Positions 1-10,172 of a stretch of 64,000 nt of DNA are shown here, in pieces (position 1 is the stretch's first letter; each line of letters opens with the position of its first letter). Position numbers and translations under genes: made by a program. The DNA comes from Paraphysomonas bandaiensis (taxonomy: Eukaryota > Protista > Chrysophyceae), in assembly GCA_965644295.1 (NCBI GenBank), contig CBFFRP010000218.1, positions 1 to 64,000 of the forward strand, written 5' to 3'. The notes beneath the pieces were generated by a model that had not been told where the DNA came from, made no database searches, and was given only the letters and a program-made list of their open reading frames with translations.

Positions 1-1540
1 ATGTCTATATTATATGATGTACAAAGGTCATCGTGTGTACTTAACCATATACGTTGATGATATAGTAATCGCTTGTGCGGATCTGACTATTTTGACAGAA
101 ATCAAGAAACGGTTTTGTGAAAGATTTGACATGTCAGACATGGGAGAATTAGAGCATTTTCTCAACGTTCGAGTTACAAGGACCAAGAATTATATTCAAC
201 TTGACCAATCGACATACGCTGAAAAAATTCTCACCAAATATGCAGCATTCCTTGGACCTTCAAACAAAGTTCGCAAATCCCCACTACCTGTAGATGCCAT
301 GGACAGGATTAATTGCACTGATAGTGAGAACTCATCTCAGGAGGAAGAGGGAGTCGACAATTATCCCTATCGTAGCTTACTAGGTGCCATGCTATATCTA
401 TCAATGAATACGCGTCCAGATATTGCGTATGCTGTTGGCCTATTGTCACGATATGCTTCGAAACCAACAAAGGCTACATGCAAGTTGATGACTTATTTGT
501 TACAATACATCAGGGGTACTGTGCGGAAAGGTATTCGGTTCAGTGGTAAGAGCTTTGACATGCATATTTTCACAGACGCTGACTGGGCAGGCGATACTGT
601 GTCACGAAGGTCGACAACTGGATACATTGTGTTTGCAGCAGGTGGACCACTCACCTGGCAATCAATCTTACAAGTTACTGTGTCTACGTCTTCAATGCAG
701 AGTGAGTACCAAGCTATGTACGCTGGCATGCAAGAACTGGTGTGGCTTCGGGGGGTGTTGGCCGAATTGGGACTTCGACTGTACGAACCCACTCCATTTT
801 TTTTAGATAGCCAGAGTGCTCGTGATCTAGCATTAAATCCAGTGTTCCACAAAAGATCAAAACACATTGAAATCAAATACCACTGGGTGCGTGAACATGT
901 AGATCCAGAAGGACGTTTTAACACTGCGATATTGTATCACGTTGGAACTGATAACCAGACTGCAGACATATTTACGAAATCTTTGTGTGGCGTTATATAC
1001 GAGAAGCATAGAAAGAGATGTCTAGGAGAAGATCAGAAGTCATCTGTGGATGTCATCAGAGAGAATTCATACAAACGAAACAGAGGCTCATAAACGTGTT
1101 GTCTACGGAGAGGCTAGCTGAAACGTCGGAGCCATACGTCCACCGGTTTGTCCTATACGGTTTCGGTGGTTGCGTATCCGTCAGTTATGCCATGTTTTAC
1201 AGCTTTGAATTGAGAGGGAGTGTTGAGTTTTGCTGTTTGTGAGCAATTAAAAGCTGTAGTTTCCAAGATATTAGAATTATATCCGTTACTCAAAGAATAC
1301 AGTAGTAGCTAGCTGTAGTATGAGAACCAATAATATGATAGCCATTGTAGTGATAAAACTGAAATATACTGACTGTACAAGATAGTGACGATGTAAGATC
1401 GTACTAGAAATGGTTGGTGTAGTAGAGATAGAAAGAGTTGGTGAACGTCAATGAATGAAGTATGGTATCTCTTATAATTATATAATATTCCATATAAGTG
1501 TTAACAAAGGTCTTATTACTAAAAATGTCTATTTCTAACA
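1..1540 (+). mobile_element. Ty1/Copia LTR retrotransposon, 3' portion (runs off the window start)
   Basis: RT/RNase H ORF, polypurine tract TGAGAGGGAG at 1211-1220, then LTR from TGTTGAG at 1221 to CTAACA at 1540. The LTR end is placed by similarity to the related LTR of the 15928-20103 element. Confidence 0.88.
2..1093 (+). CDS. Copia Pol C-terminus (reverse transcriptase + RNase H), 5' partial
   Basis: YVDDI, TRPDIAYAVG, FTDADWAG, SRRSTTG and KHIEIKYHWVRE motifs. Confidence 0.93.
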   Translation, partial: CLYYMMYKGHRVYLTIYVDDIVIACADLTILTEIKKRFCERFDMSDMGELEHFLNVRVTRTKNYIQLDQSTYAEKILTKYAAFLGPSNKVRKSPLPVDAMDRINCTDSENSSQEEEGVDNYPYRSLLGAMLYLSMNTRPDIAYAVGLLSRYASKPTKATCKLMTYLLQYIRGTVRKGIRFSGKSFDMHIFTDADWAGDTVSRRSTTGYIVFAAGGPLTWQSILQVTVSTSSMQSEYQAMYAGMQELVWLRGVLAELGLRLYEPTPFFLDSQSARDLALNPVFHKRSKHIEIKYHWVREHVDPEGRFNTAILYHVGTDNQTADIFTKSLCGVIYEKHRKRCLGEDQKSSVDVIRENSYKRNRGS

Positions 1541-1876
1541 TTGGATTTGTTCTTCACTGGCATTAGCGATGGAAGGGTCCAACCCTCCAAGCATAAGCCT
1601 GAGGGTCGTTCTCACTGACTCGAATATAGTAGACTCTTGTCCGCTATCAAGAGTCTCCTCTTCCATAATGATAACAATATAAATGAACAACAATGAATAT
1701 AAATATGTATGTCTACAACTACAATGCTATCTACAAGCAGCAATTTCAAGAGTAAGGAAATTGCATCTTATTATCAATAATTAATATATATACTACCTAC
1801 GATTCCGTGATCAATGGAATGAACATAATTCATATTCAATACCAAACACATCAGTCTAACACAGTTGATCATAATA

Positions 1877-2042
1877 GGGATGTATTTTTCGACCTAGTCA
1901 ATTTGGTGGAATTTCCTAGTCACACCAAAATTGGTGTATAATAACCTAGTCAAAAGGTTTAAAACCCTAGTCATTAAATAATTAGATTTTTAACTTTACA
2001 ATGACTAGGTTGACTAGGTGGAATTGAGTATTCACCTAGTCA
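1877..2042. repeat. Cluster of seven CCTAGTCA motifs; probable DNA-transposon terminal/subterminal region
   Basis: Forward copies at 1893, 1915, 1945, 1966, 2035; reverse copies (TGACTAGG) at 2002, 2011. Lies just 3' of the SWIM-containing ORF. Confidence 0.6.
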
Positions 2043-2086
2043 AACAGGGGAGCATACTATAGCCATAAATTAAAATTCTATATGCC

Positions 2087-2660
2087 TCACACTTCGTCTT
2101 CACAGTCGAATGCAAATTGGGCTGTTTCTGATGACCAAGTCCGGTGTAGCTCCACAGCAATCTTCATTTCATGGGCATCGAACCCCACAATCTTCGGATG
2201 AGCAAGGATGTCATCTGGAGCATCAGAAAACCGACACTGCCAGCGAAGAATTTTTTTATTTCTGTGGTTCGGCACCACGCGGTAATCCACGCACATACCA
2301 TTCAGGTACTGTGGGTGGCGAACATACGCGTTCTTCCAGTCCCCTGGCTTAAGGGCCTCCACATCTATGGGGTCATCGTTGATAAGTGCCCTAGCTGCAT
2401 TGCGAGGCCGGCCGCGTTTCCTTGCAGGCCTGATAGTGCTCGCCATGTGCTTTACATCAATGTCCCCTAAGGACATAATTAATATATGTAAGGGTGTGTA
2501 AGTGACATACACATACCTCGCAAGTGATGTACGGCTAGGGAGTGGGAGCAGTAACGACCATTGTCCCAAAACCGCGGACAGCTGCAAATAAGAGAGGTAT
2601 AGGTCCTACGCTTTATTTTGTAAGGAACCTCTCGAACAACAAACATACTGAGGAATCTGT
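2087..2660 (-). pseudogene. Mutator/MULE-like transposase C-terminal fragment (SWIM zinc finger + AT-hook), intron-containing
   Basis: CSCPRFWDNGRYCSH (SWIM CxC...CxH) joined through a short GT-AG intron to ...RPARKRGRPR. No catalytic core is visible. Confidence 0.6.
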
Positions 2661-3087
2661 TATATAGAATGATTAGTACATAAATAAAGAAGTACAATAT
2701 TTATTTCACCTCTCCCTACATTCCTCTACTTGATATGTGTCTCTTCCTTTAACGCAATGGAACATTGTGACCACGTGGCATTTCCTATGCCCTATCTACG
2801 TGGCTATAGTACCAGAACTGCATGCACTGCCCACTCAGGACCCTATAATATTAGTTTAGGACCCTATATCAAGAACATTACATCATCAGGACCCCATACC
2901 ATGTCTAGGATGCATATTCTATGTTATACTTATTTAGATGATGGATGGGTTAATGAGCTATGATGTACCTACACACGGAATCAACGTTCAGGTGTGATGT
3001 TATCTGCTGATGATGATGTACACTATGTTCTGCTGATGGTGACTTCACGCAATGTGAAATGTGCCACAAATTTATAATAAAGTTCTT

Positions 3088-6000
3088 CGTAGAGAAATAC
3101 GTACTTGGATCGAAAATACAACACTGATACTACAGATCAATCAAACACTCACGGATCCAGTTCGCCCGTTGTCCTCCGTTCAAACTACACTACAGGTAGG
3201 CAAAAGACAAGTCTCTTTGCAAATACTACAGAAATCGTTAGTGATAGGAAATTATGGTGTCTCCCTACAACACAATAATACTACAGCTGATCATGTTCTA
3301 CTGTACACTCTCACTCGTATCCTACAGAGTCACACATGTACAATAACTGAAAACATAATCACTGTGACAAAAACGAATGTGCACGTTGACTTTCATTTCC
3401 ATCACTCGAAGACTTCTATACCGAATCATCATTTAGCTCTACGCACCCCTGTGGCATGTGTATTGTTTCCCACGATACCACATGTCATAAACTTGTACAG
3501 AGTACCTTGGAGGGGCTTCGTCAATGCATCAGCCAGCATCATCTTTGTGGGTAAGTACTCCAATTGAATGCTTCCTTCATCTGCCCTTTCCCTGATGAAT
3601 TCACGCCTCACACGCAGGTATTTTGTACGATATTTGCCTCCGCCTTTCGTTACAAGAGATAGAGTCGAGGTATTGTCTTGCAACACTCGAGGTGCGTCAA
3701 TACTGTATCCTTGTTCCTTTATGAATTCTGCACATTGCACAATCATCATTAACATATCTGATAGACCTACCAACTCTGATTCCGTCGAGTCACGTGTCAC
3801 AATGCGCTGTTTCGACGATTTGCAGAGTACTGTTGCATCCCCCACCTTTACGACCAGACCCGAATGACCCTTTCCATCGTCATGAGTCCCAAATGCCGCA
3901 TCGACGTATCCAGTAACGGTAAGATTCTTTCCAATGCACAGCAACAAGTCCTGCCCCTTAGTCGCGTTCAGGTAGCGGGTCACCCTGCCAAGTTTCTCCA
4001 TGTCAGCATGCGTCGGATTCTTGACTCTCGTGCTAAGGTAAGCGACTGCAAGCAGTATGTCTGGTCTAACCCTTTTGGCCAGGTACAGCAACTGAGCCAC
4101 CATCTTGTGAAACTTCCTTCTATCACTCTTACTAGTGGGTTTGTCCATGGTGTTCTTAAATAGAGTAGCTGTAGCAGGTGATGTAGCAGTTCCTGTCACT
4201 CCGTGTTCTCGTAGAAAATTCTCGATGTACGATCTCATGGACACTGTCACCTTATCTCCCTCTGCTCTAATGTGCATTCCGAGATATGACAGATCTTTCC
4301 CATCGTCGTGCTTTACATCCCCAAACTTCTCTTTCAGTTTCTTAAGCAACTCTAGGTAGTCGCCCTTATGGCTTGACATGACCAGTATGTCATCCACGAA
4401 TATCACCACTGTACACTTTCGCCCGCCAGCTACTTTGTTCATTACACATGGGTCGACCGCGTTGTGCTCGAATCCCAAACTTCTCAAATATCCTGTAAGC
4501 GTGTTGTACCAGAGTTTTGCACTCTGGATGCACCCGTATAGCGCCTTGTCCAGCCGCACTAGTAGTTTACCAGTCTCATCAACATACGGTGATACTTCAG
4601 GAGCCACTTTCTTCAATATCGTCGTTAACATTGGCTCTAATTCCATTATGACTTCTTCGCCAGACATCTCGGCGTTCAGGTAAGCGCCTCCTATATCCAT
4701 GGTACCTATGTGACGTCCCTCTTTAGCAGCTATCGCCAGACACATCATAATCGACTGCATTGCTGCTGTTGGTGACGATGTGTCTACGTACACCTTCCTA
4801 TCTTGTTGTGCGCCATTAGCTACCAGTCTTGCTTTTATCTTTTCGAAGCGCCCTAAGCCATCATACTTAGTCTTGAGAAACATCAGAGATCGAATAGCTC
4901 TCTTCAACTGTGTTGCCGATAAGTCTTTGCGGTGTACTGGACGCATAGCCTTCTTGTCATGCAAAAGTTGTTTCAGCTCCGATATGATAGCGTTATATGC
5001 CGGTGGACCATACTCACGCAGTCCCTTCATCGCACTCGTGTGAAAGGCCCTGTACTCTACTGGTTTCGACTTCGCATCCGGCGACCTGTCGTTCTCAACG
5101 CCTGTCTCGTCACTGCTTGTAATGCTGCTGCCGGACTTTATAGTTGGGACATCGTCATCCAGCTCCTCATCAACAAGTTCTGGCACTTCACCTTCATTAT
5201 CACCGTCATCTCCTAGTGGGTCTCCGCTATGCTCTACATCAACCACAGTAGTAGATACATCTTCCACTATTTTTTCTGCAACTGGAGTCTGTTTAACGTC
5301 CTCTGGCGTACTCTCCTTCATGTCTTCGCCTTTCTGCTGCTCTTCTGCTTCTATCGACTGTAGGAGTGGGTTCGGAATCTGACTCTTCCTAGTCGTATCA
5401 CCCATCTTCGCCATCTGATTCATCGCATCAATTATGAGCTGTGTTGTCTTCATTTTCACCCAGTGTGTCCTTCTCACTCGCTTGTGTGTCTTCGCATTCA
5501 TGAAAAACCAGCTACCGTTGGCATTTCCAGTAGGGTACAATGCAATACACGGCTCAGTGCGACTTTGCTCGGCATCGTTGCTTCGCACCTTTGGGTTGTA
5601 GCACTCCACGTAGTCACCAAATGCTAGCTCTAGTTCCTTTCGGTAGTTAGGCTTTCTCCCAGTGAACGCTACTCGTGGCGCTACTATGGATGTGCCTGTA
5701 GACGGCCTTCTGATATTTAGGCGACTGTTTGAGTACTTCACCAGATCTCTGACCATGTTATCAGGCAGTGACCAGGGTAATCCTGCCTGCACAGATCTAA
5801 TAGTCTCTTTCAGTCTCCGTATCTTGAGATCTACCTTGTCCATGTGATCCCCTGCTCCACACACATCCACTTCCACCCCTGTAATCTGTCCTCTGAGGGG
5901 TTGGAAACCAGGCTGCGGATCCAGATAGGCTACAGTTGGTGCGAAACCATGACTTCTTAGTAGAGATACTTGCTCCTGAAAAGCTAGACCTAGATCATCA

Positions 6001-8185
6001 GTCTTCTCACTAGCTACCGGAGATACAAGAGTCAACCCCAGTGGCTCGGACAGTGTTATCAGGAACGGTTGTTTTCTCACACTGAATATATCGGTATACA
6101 AACGTTGCGGCTTGGGCTGATCTGCTTTGATTCCCACGTCCACGTACTGCCTACCGCTCTTACGTTTAGTGGTCTTCCCCCTAACCGCTTCATAAGGCTT
6201 CCCGTATATGTCGAAAGCTCGCCTCACGTCTTGCGCCGTCAACGGCACGTCTGTTACATTTCCGTCGCTCACAAGGTTCATGGCTCCCTGCTCTGAGTCG
6301 AAACCCGCGTTCCGTACAAGTTCCAGCGCCCTCCGAGCTCTCACCACTTCGCTTTTAGTGTATTCTTGTTCTTTCATTCTTGTTGTCGTAATATTTACCC
6401 TGCCTTGTGTCACCCAATCCCTCATATCAGCTATATACATTTTGTTCCGTCTGTAGAACACTAGCTCTCTATTAGGTAGACACACGGTGTATGACACTCC
6501 TGGCTCGTACACAATAGGGTATAGATCTTCGACATCAGCTTGGCACAGCACACTGACTCGTAGGTTGTCGGCAGTTTTGCATGTGAAAAATTGTGGCAGC
6601 TCTCCCACATTGGGCAATTCTACTGCGTGACCAGACAAGCCAGCTACTTTACACTTACGATCGGCAGGTCTCACATCTGTCAGTAGCCACGGGTGCACAA
6701 CGGACACATCCGCCTGATTGTCTAGTAGAACTTCGTACCATTCGAAACACTCTCCTCCCGATGTGAACGCACTCTGCATAGTCACTGAGCATTGTTTCTC
6801 CTCTGGTTCGACGTTCTCTTGACACTGGTTTAGCTTGTGTCCAGTCTTTCCACAACCCCAACATACAATAGGGCCTCTATGCTTTCGCACGCCTCCTTTC
6901 GACTCGTCGGTCCCATTCGACTTCGTCTTGTCATCAGCATCACCTGTGCGACGCTGTTGTTTAGTCGAGGTGTCCTTCCTGCTCACAAACGCAACACCAC
7001 CATTAGGTTTCGCTCCTCTCTTCGGGGTGATATACTTCGAAGCTTTAGTGTAGATCTCGTTCACGTGCTTGGGTGGCTTCTGGGTACCCATCATTAAGTC
7101 GTTCATAAAACTGGTCTTAAACTCCTCATATCTGGTGTCGTCCAGACCCCTGAAGAAGTCCATAGCTATATCTTCTTCTTCCATCTTCGGATTCTCCATA
7201 TCATTGTACGCTTCCAAAAGAAAATCGAAACGCTCCTTATAGGCCACGATACTCTCAAATGGACCCTGACGCACGTCTTGGTACTTCTTTCTCGTTTCTG
7301 CACGCATGATGGTCCCTACATTGGAGTTCGTCGCTGTTTTGTGAGTCTGCTTGATAGCAAGCCACAACAGTAGAGGGTCCTTGGAGGAGTTAATCTCTTC
7401 GTATTCCTCCAATTGCTTAATCGCGTCCACGGACTCGTTGCTCAGTCTGTCATACATGAACGCATAGAAAGCTGATCGGTTGTCACGCATTTGGTCAATC
7501 TTCCTTTGGCGTGTCTTTCTCGCATCCTTAAGTTCTTCCAGGTTCAGACCGTGGGGGTCATTATCGAGATCGTAGTCCTCAATCTTTATCTTGGGTGGTT
7601 CATAATACTCATCGGTCTCCACGAGCCTCGCTAGGTCACCAAATAGCATCATGGCGGCCACTGTGAGCTTCTGCTTAAATACCGCCAGGTTGGTGTTCGT
7701 CCCATACTTCAGAATCGGCACCGTTGGGGTCAATGCCTCTGCCCCTTGGCCCCTGGACCGCTGGTCCAACGCCTTGTTCCTAAACTTCTTGAGCTTCTCG
7801 TTACTCGACTTCTTCATAATTTCCTATCACGTAGAGAAATACGTACTTGGATCGAAAATACAACACTGATACTACAGATCAATCAAACACTCACGGATCC
7901 AGTTCGCCCGTTGTCCTCCGTTCAAACTACACTACAGGTAGGCAAAAGACAAGTCTCTTTGCAAATACTACAGAAATCGTTAGTGATAGGAAATTATGGT
8001 GTCTCCCTACAACACAATAATACTACAGCTGATCATGTTCTACTGTACACTCTCACTCGTATCCTACAGAGTCACACATGTACAATAACTGAAAACATAA
8101 TCACTGTGACAAAAACGAATGTGCACGTTGACTTTCATTTCCATCACTCGAAGACTTCTATACCGAATCATCATTTAGCTCTACG
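3088..8185 (-). mobile_element. Intact Ty1/Copia LTR retrotransposon with non-canonical CG...CG termini
   Basis: 356-bp LTRs at 3088-3443 and 7830-8185, identical by eye. TSD TTCTT at 3083-3087 and 8186-8190. PPT AGGGGTG next to the 3' LTR. Single gag-pol ORF. Confidence 0.96.
3429..7817 (-). CDS. Copia Gag-Pol polyprotein (1462 aa)
   Basis: Zinc knuckle CWGCGKTGHKLNQC, protease LLDNQA, integrase core, RT (KARLVA, LYGCIQSA, FVDD), RNase H (YVDAAF, STESELV, ADALTKPL) in Copia order. Confidence 0.96.
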   Translation of the reverse strand: MKKSSNEKLKKFRNKALDQRSRGQGAEALTPTVPILKYGTNTNLAVFKQKLTVAAMMLFGDLARLVETDEYYEPPKIKIEDYDLDNDPHGLNLEELKDARKTRQRKIDQMRDNRSAFYAFMYDRLSNESVDAIKQLEEYEEINSSKDPLLLWLAIKQTHKTATNSNVGTIMRAETRKKYQDVRQGPFESIVAYKERFDFLLEAYNDMENPKMEEEDIAMDFFRGLDDTRYEEFKTSFMNDLMMGTQKPPKHVNEIYTKASKYITPKRGAKPNGGVAFVSRKDTSTKQQRRTGDADDKTKSNGTDESKGGVRKHRGPIVCWGCGKTGHKLNQCQENVEPEEKQCSVTMQSAFTSGGECFEWYEVLLDNQADVSVVHPWLLTDVRPADRKCKVAGLSGHAVELPNVGELPQFFTCKTADNLRVSVLCQADVEDLYPIVYEPGVSYTVCLPNRELVFYRRNKMYIADMRDWVTQGRVNITTTRMKEQEYTKSEVVRARRALELVRNAGFDSEQGAMNLVSDGNVTDVPLTAQDVRRAFDIYGKPYEAVRGKTTKRKSGRQYVDVGIKADQPKPQRLYTDIFSVRKQPFLITLSEPLGLTLVSPVASEKTDDLGLAFQEQVSLLRSHGFAPTVAYLDPQPGFQPLRGQITGVEVDVCGAGDHMDKVDLKIRRLKETIRSVQAGLPWSLPDNMVRDLVKYSNSRLNIRRPSTGTSIVAPRVAFTGRKPNYRKELELAFGDYVECYNPKVRSNDAEQSRTEPCIALYPTGNANGSWFFMNAKTHKRVRRTHWVKMKTTQLIIDAMNQMAKMGDTTRKSQIPNPLLQSIEAEEQQKGEDMKESTPEDVKQTPVAEKIVEDVSTTVVDVEHSGDPLGDDGDNEGEVPELVDEELDDDVPTIKSGSSITSSDETGVENDRSPDAKSKPVEYRAFHTSAMKGLREYGPPAYNAIISELKQLLHDKKAMRPVHRKDLSATQLKRAIRSLMFLKTKYDGLGRFEKIKARLVANGAQQDRKVYVDTSSPTAAMQSIMMCLAIAAKEGRHIGTMDIGGAYLNAEMSGEEVIMELEPMLTTILKKVAPEVSPYVDETGKLLVRLDKALYGCIQSAKLWYNTLTGYLRSLGFEHNAVDPCVMNKVAGGRKCTVVIFVDDILVMSSHKGDYLELLKKLKEKFGDVKHDDGKDLSYLGMHIRAEGDKVTVSMRSYIENFLREHGVTGTATSPATATLFKNTMDKPTSKSDRRKFHKMVAQLLYLAKRVRPDILLAVAYLSTRVKNPTHADMEKLGRVTRYLNATKGQDLLLCIGKNLTVTGYVDAAFGTHDDGKGHSGLVVKVGDATVLCKSSKQRIVTRDSTESELVGLSDMLMMIVQCAEFIKEQGYSIDAPRVLQDNTSTLSLVTKGGGKYRTKYLRVRREFIRERADEGSIQLEYLPTKMMLADALTKPLQGTLYKFMTCGIVGNNTHATGVRRAK

Positions 8186-10172
8186 TTCTTGGTCCAGAAG
8201 TGAGATCGCGATATATCGCGAGTACGTTGATTTTCATAGCATTTGAATGTTTTTTTCTCTCTCGGAAGTTGTCCGAAAATAATGACAAAAGGGGTTCAAA
8301 AAGGTCTATTTGCCAGAACTATCCATTTGGTCATTCATGACTCTAATTTATAGTAAATATCACCACATCTTTTGAGATCATCTTCCTGAATCATTCATCT
8401 TGCACTGTGTCAAAGGATTATCGCCAAAGAGCTCTTTGCTTCAATATGGAAGAGGTTGAAGATGGCCTGCTTTGCTTGCTATCTCAGAGTGTCTAATGGA
8501 CTTTTCTGAACTTAATAGTATACAATTGCTTACGTTTTCCCATAATGGAAAACAGTTTTGTGCGTTTAATGGGATTTTTTCTTTTCTCACTGCCATTTTC
8601 AAGTCTCATGAGAATATCCCTTGCTCGGAGCCGAAACAGTTATACCAGTACCCACAAATCCTCGTCCTGATGCCGTTTCTTTCGGAGACATGACATATTT
8701 ACAGTTCAGGGACGCATTGGTAAAGACCTTTGTGGAAAATCCTATAGACTTCAGGGGAAACATGTTGTCATTAGGATTTAACTCCGATAAACATTTGAAT
8801 GAGTTGCAGGATCTGTGCCGTGGATTATTTCTGGCAGAATTGCACGCCAATACTCACTGGTTCGGTGGGAGACAATATTCAGAGCTTCTGGTCTTTGTAG
8901 TGTCAACACTTTCCATGTCTTATGAAAGCAATTGAGTTTGGTTATTCGGCAAGTTCATTGACTGGCACATCAGCGGAGCAGATGTTTTCCTACGCTGATC
9001 GACAATGCAAAGCAAATAGTAGGGTCCAGGCCAATATGTCCCTCAGAGGTTCATGTCAAGGTAACACTCCTAAACAACCTCTTCGACATAAGCAAAATTT
9101 CAATCAATGCGAATCTTGGTGTTCATTTCAAGTACCCCATTTCTTGCTATTATACTATTAGGCCTTATTCTTCATAATAATCAAGCATTACCTTTTAACA
9201 ATACAAAGTGTATCTTTCATTAAACACTAAGAGATAAAGAATACAAGTAAGTTTACTACGAGTGATGCAGCAGATGATTACGTTAATTTAGTAGATGTGA
9301 TGATATCTCATTTGCAAATGCTTGAAGCAGCTGTTATTGAAAATAACATCTAGCCACTATACCGTAATAATATATACCAACTATTTTTTCATTGTTGAAC
9401 CGTTTCTAGTTTTATTAAGTAATATGATAATAATTATTATATCAGCACAAAATATAATAGTGAATTTATAAATGTACTGTTATTGCGGTCGGTGAAAACT
9501 AACCAGCAAATCATGGATACAAATGAAAAACATACGTCAAAGCAGCACATATATATCAAACATTATAAATAATATATCACACATCATGCAAGGGATATAT
9601 CATCAAAAGTTCGTGCATCGCTGCAGTTCCTGTTGGAAACAACATAAACAAACAAACGCTCAAAATTTGAAGGTTTAACATTTTCACCTGATTGATAATT
9701 CTTATTCCAAAGGCCAGTAATGTGTTTCTGGAAGTGAAAAATGATGTCAAGAAAATAAATGCCAATGTAGCCTAGAGAGGCTTAGAAACACAACGCCACA
9801 GGTAAAAAGCAATAACATGCAATTACTGTAGGACTATCCACTTACATATAGAATATAATATATACGTGTACATGTCCTGTATTATATGATTAGTAGTACA
9901 GTACTGTATTGTATACGTGTACCATGTAGTTAGGAATACAAACTGTAGGGAATGTGATTGTTGTTGGGATTAGCAATAGCCGTTGATATTGTAGACAGTA
10001 TAATTAGCCGTTGATATTGTAGACAGTATTATTCATGATTCATTATACGATAATAATCATTATTTTGTACTTCTGTACTTGGGTATTGCTTTGCACACAT
10101 ACACATATGTATGCAAGCCCACAGTAATATTACTTAATAAGTAGTACTCAATCTCTGTGATATAACAATATT

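Noticed and set aside
2960-9160. Possible degenerate DNA transposase flanking the Copia (DFTQCEMCHKF on the left, short ORFs at 8472-9161 on the right)
   Set aside because: Only a CxxC hint; no catalytic motifs that I can support without a profile search.
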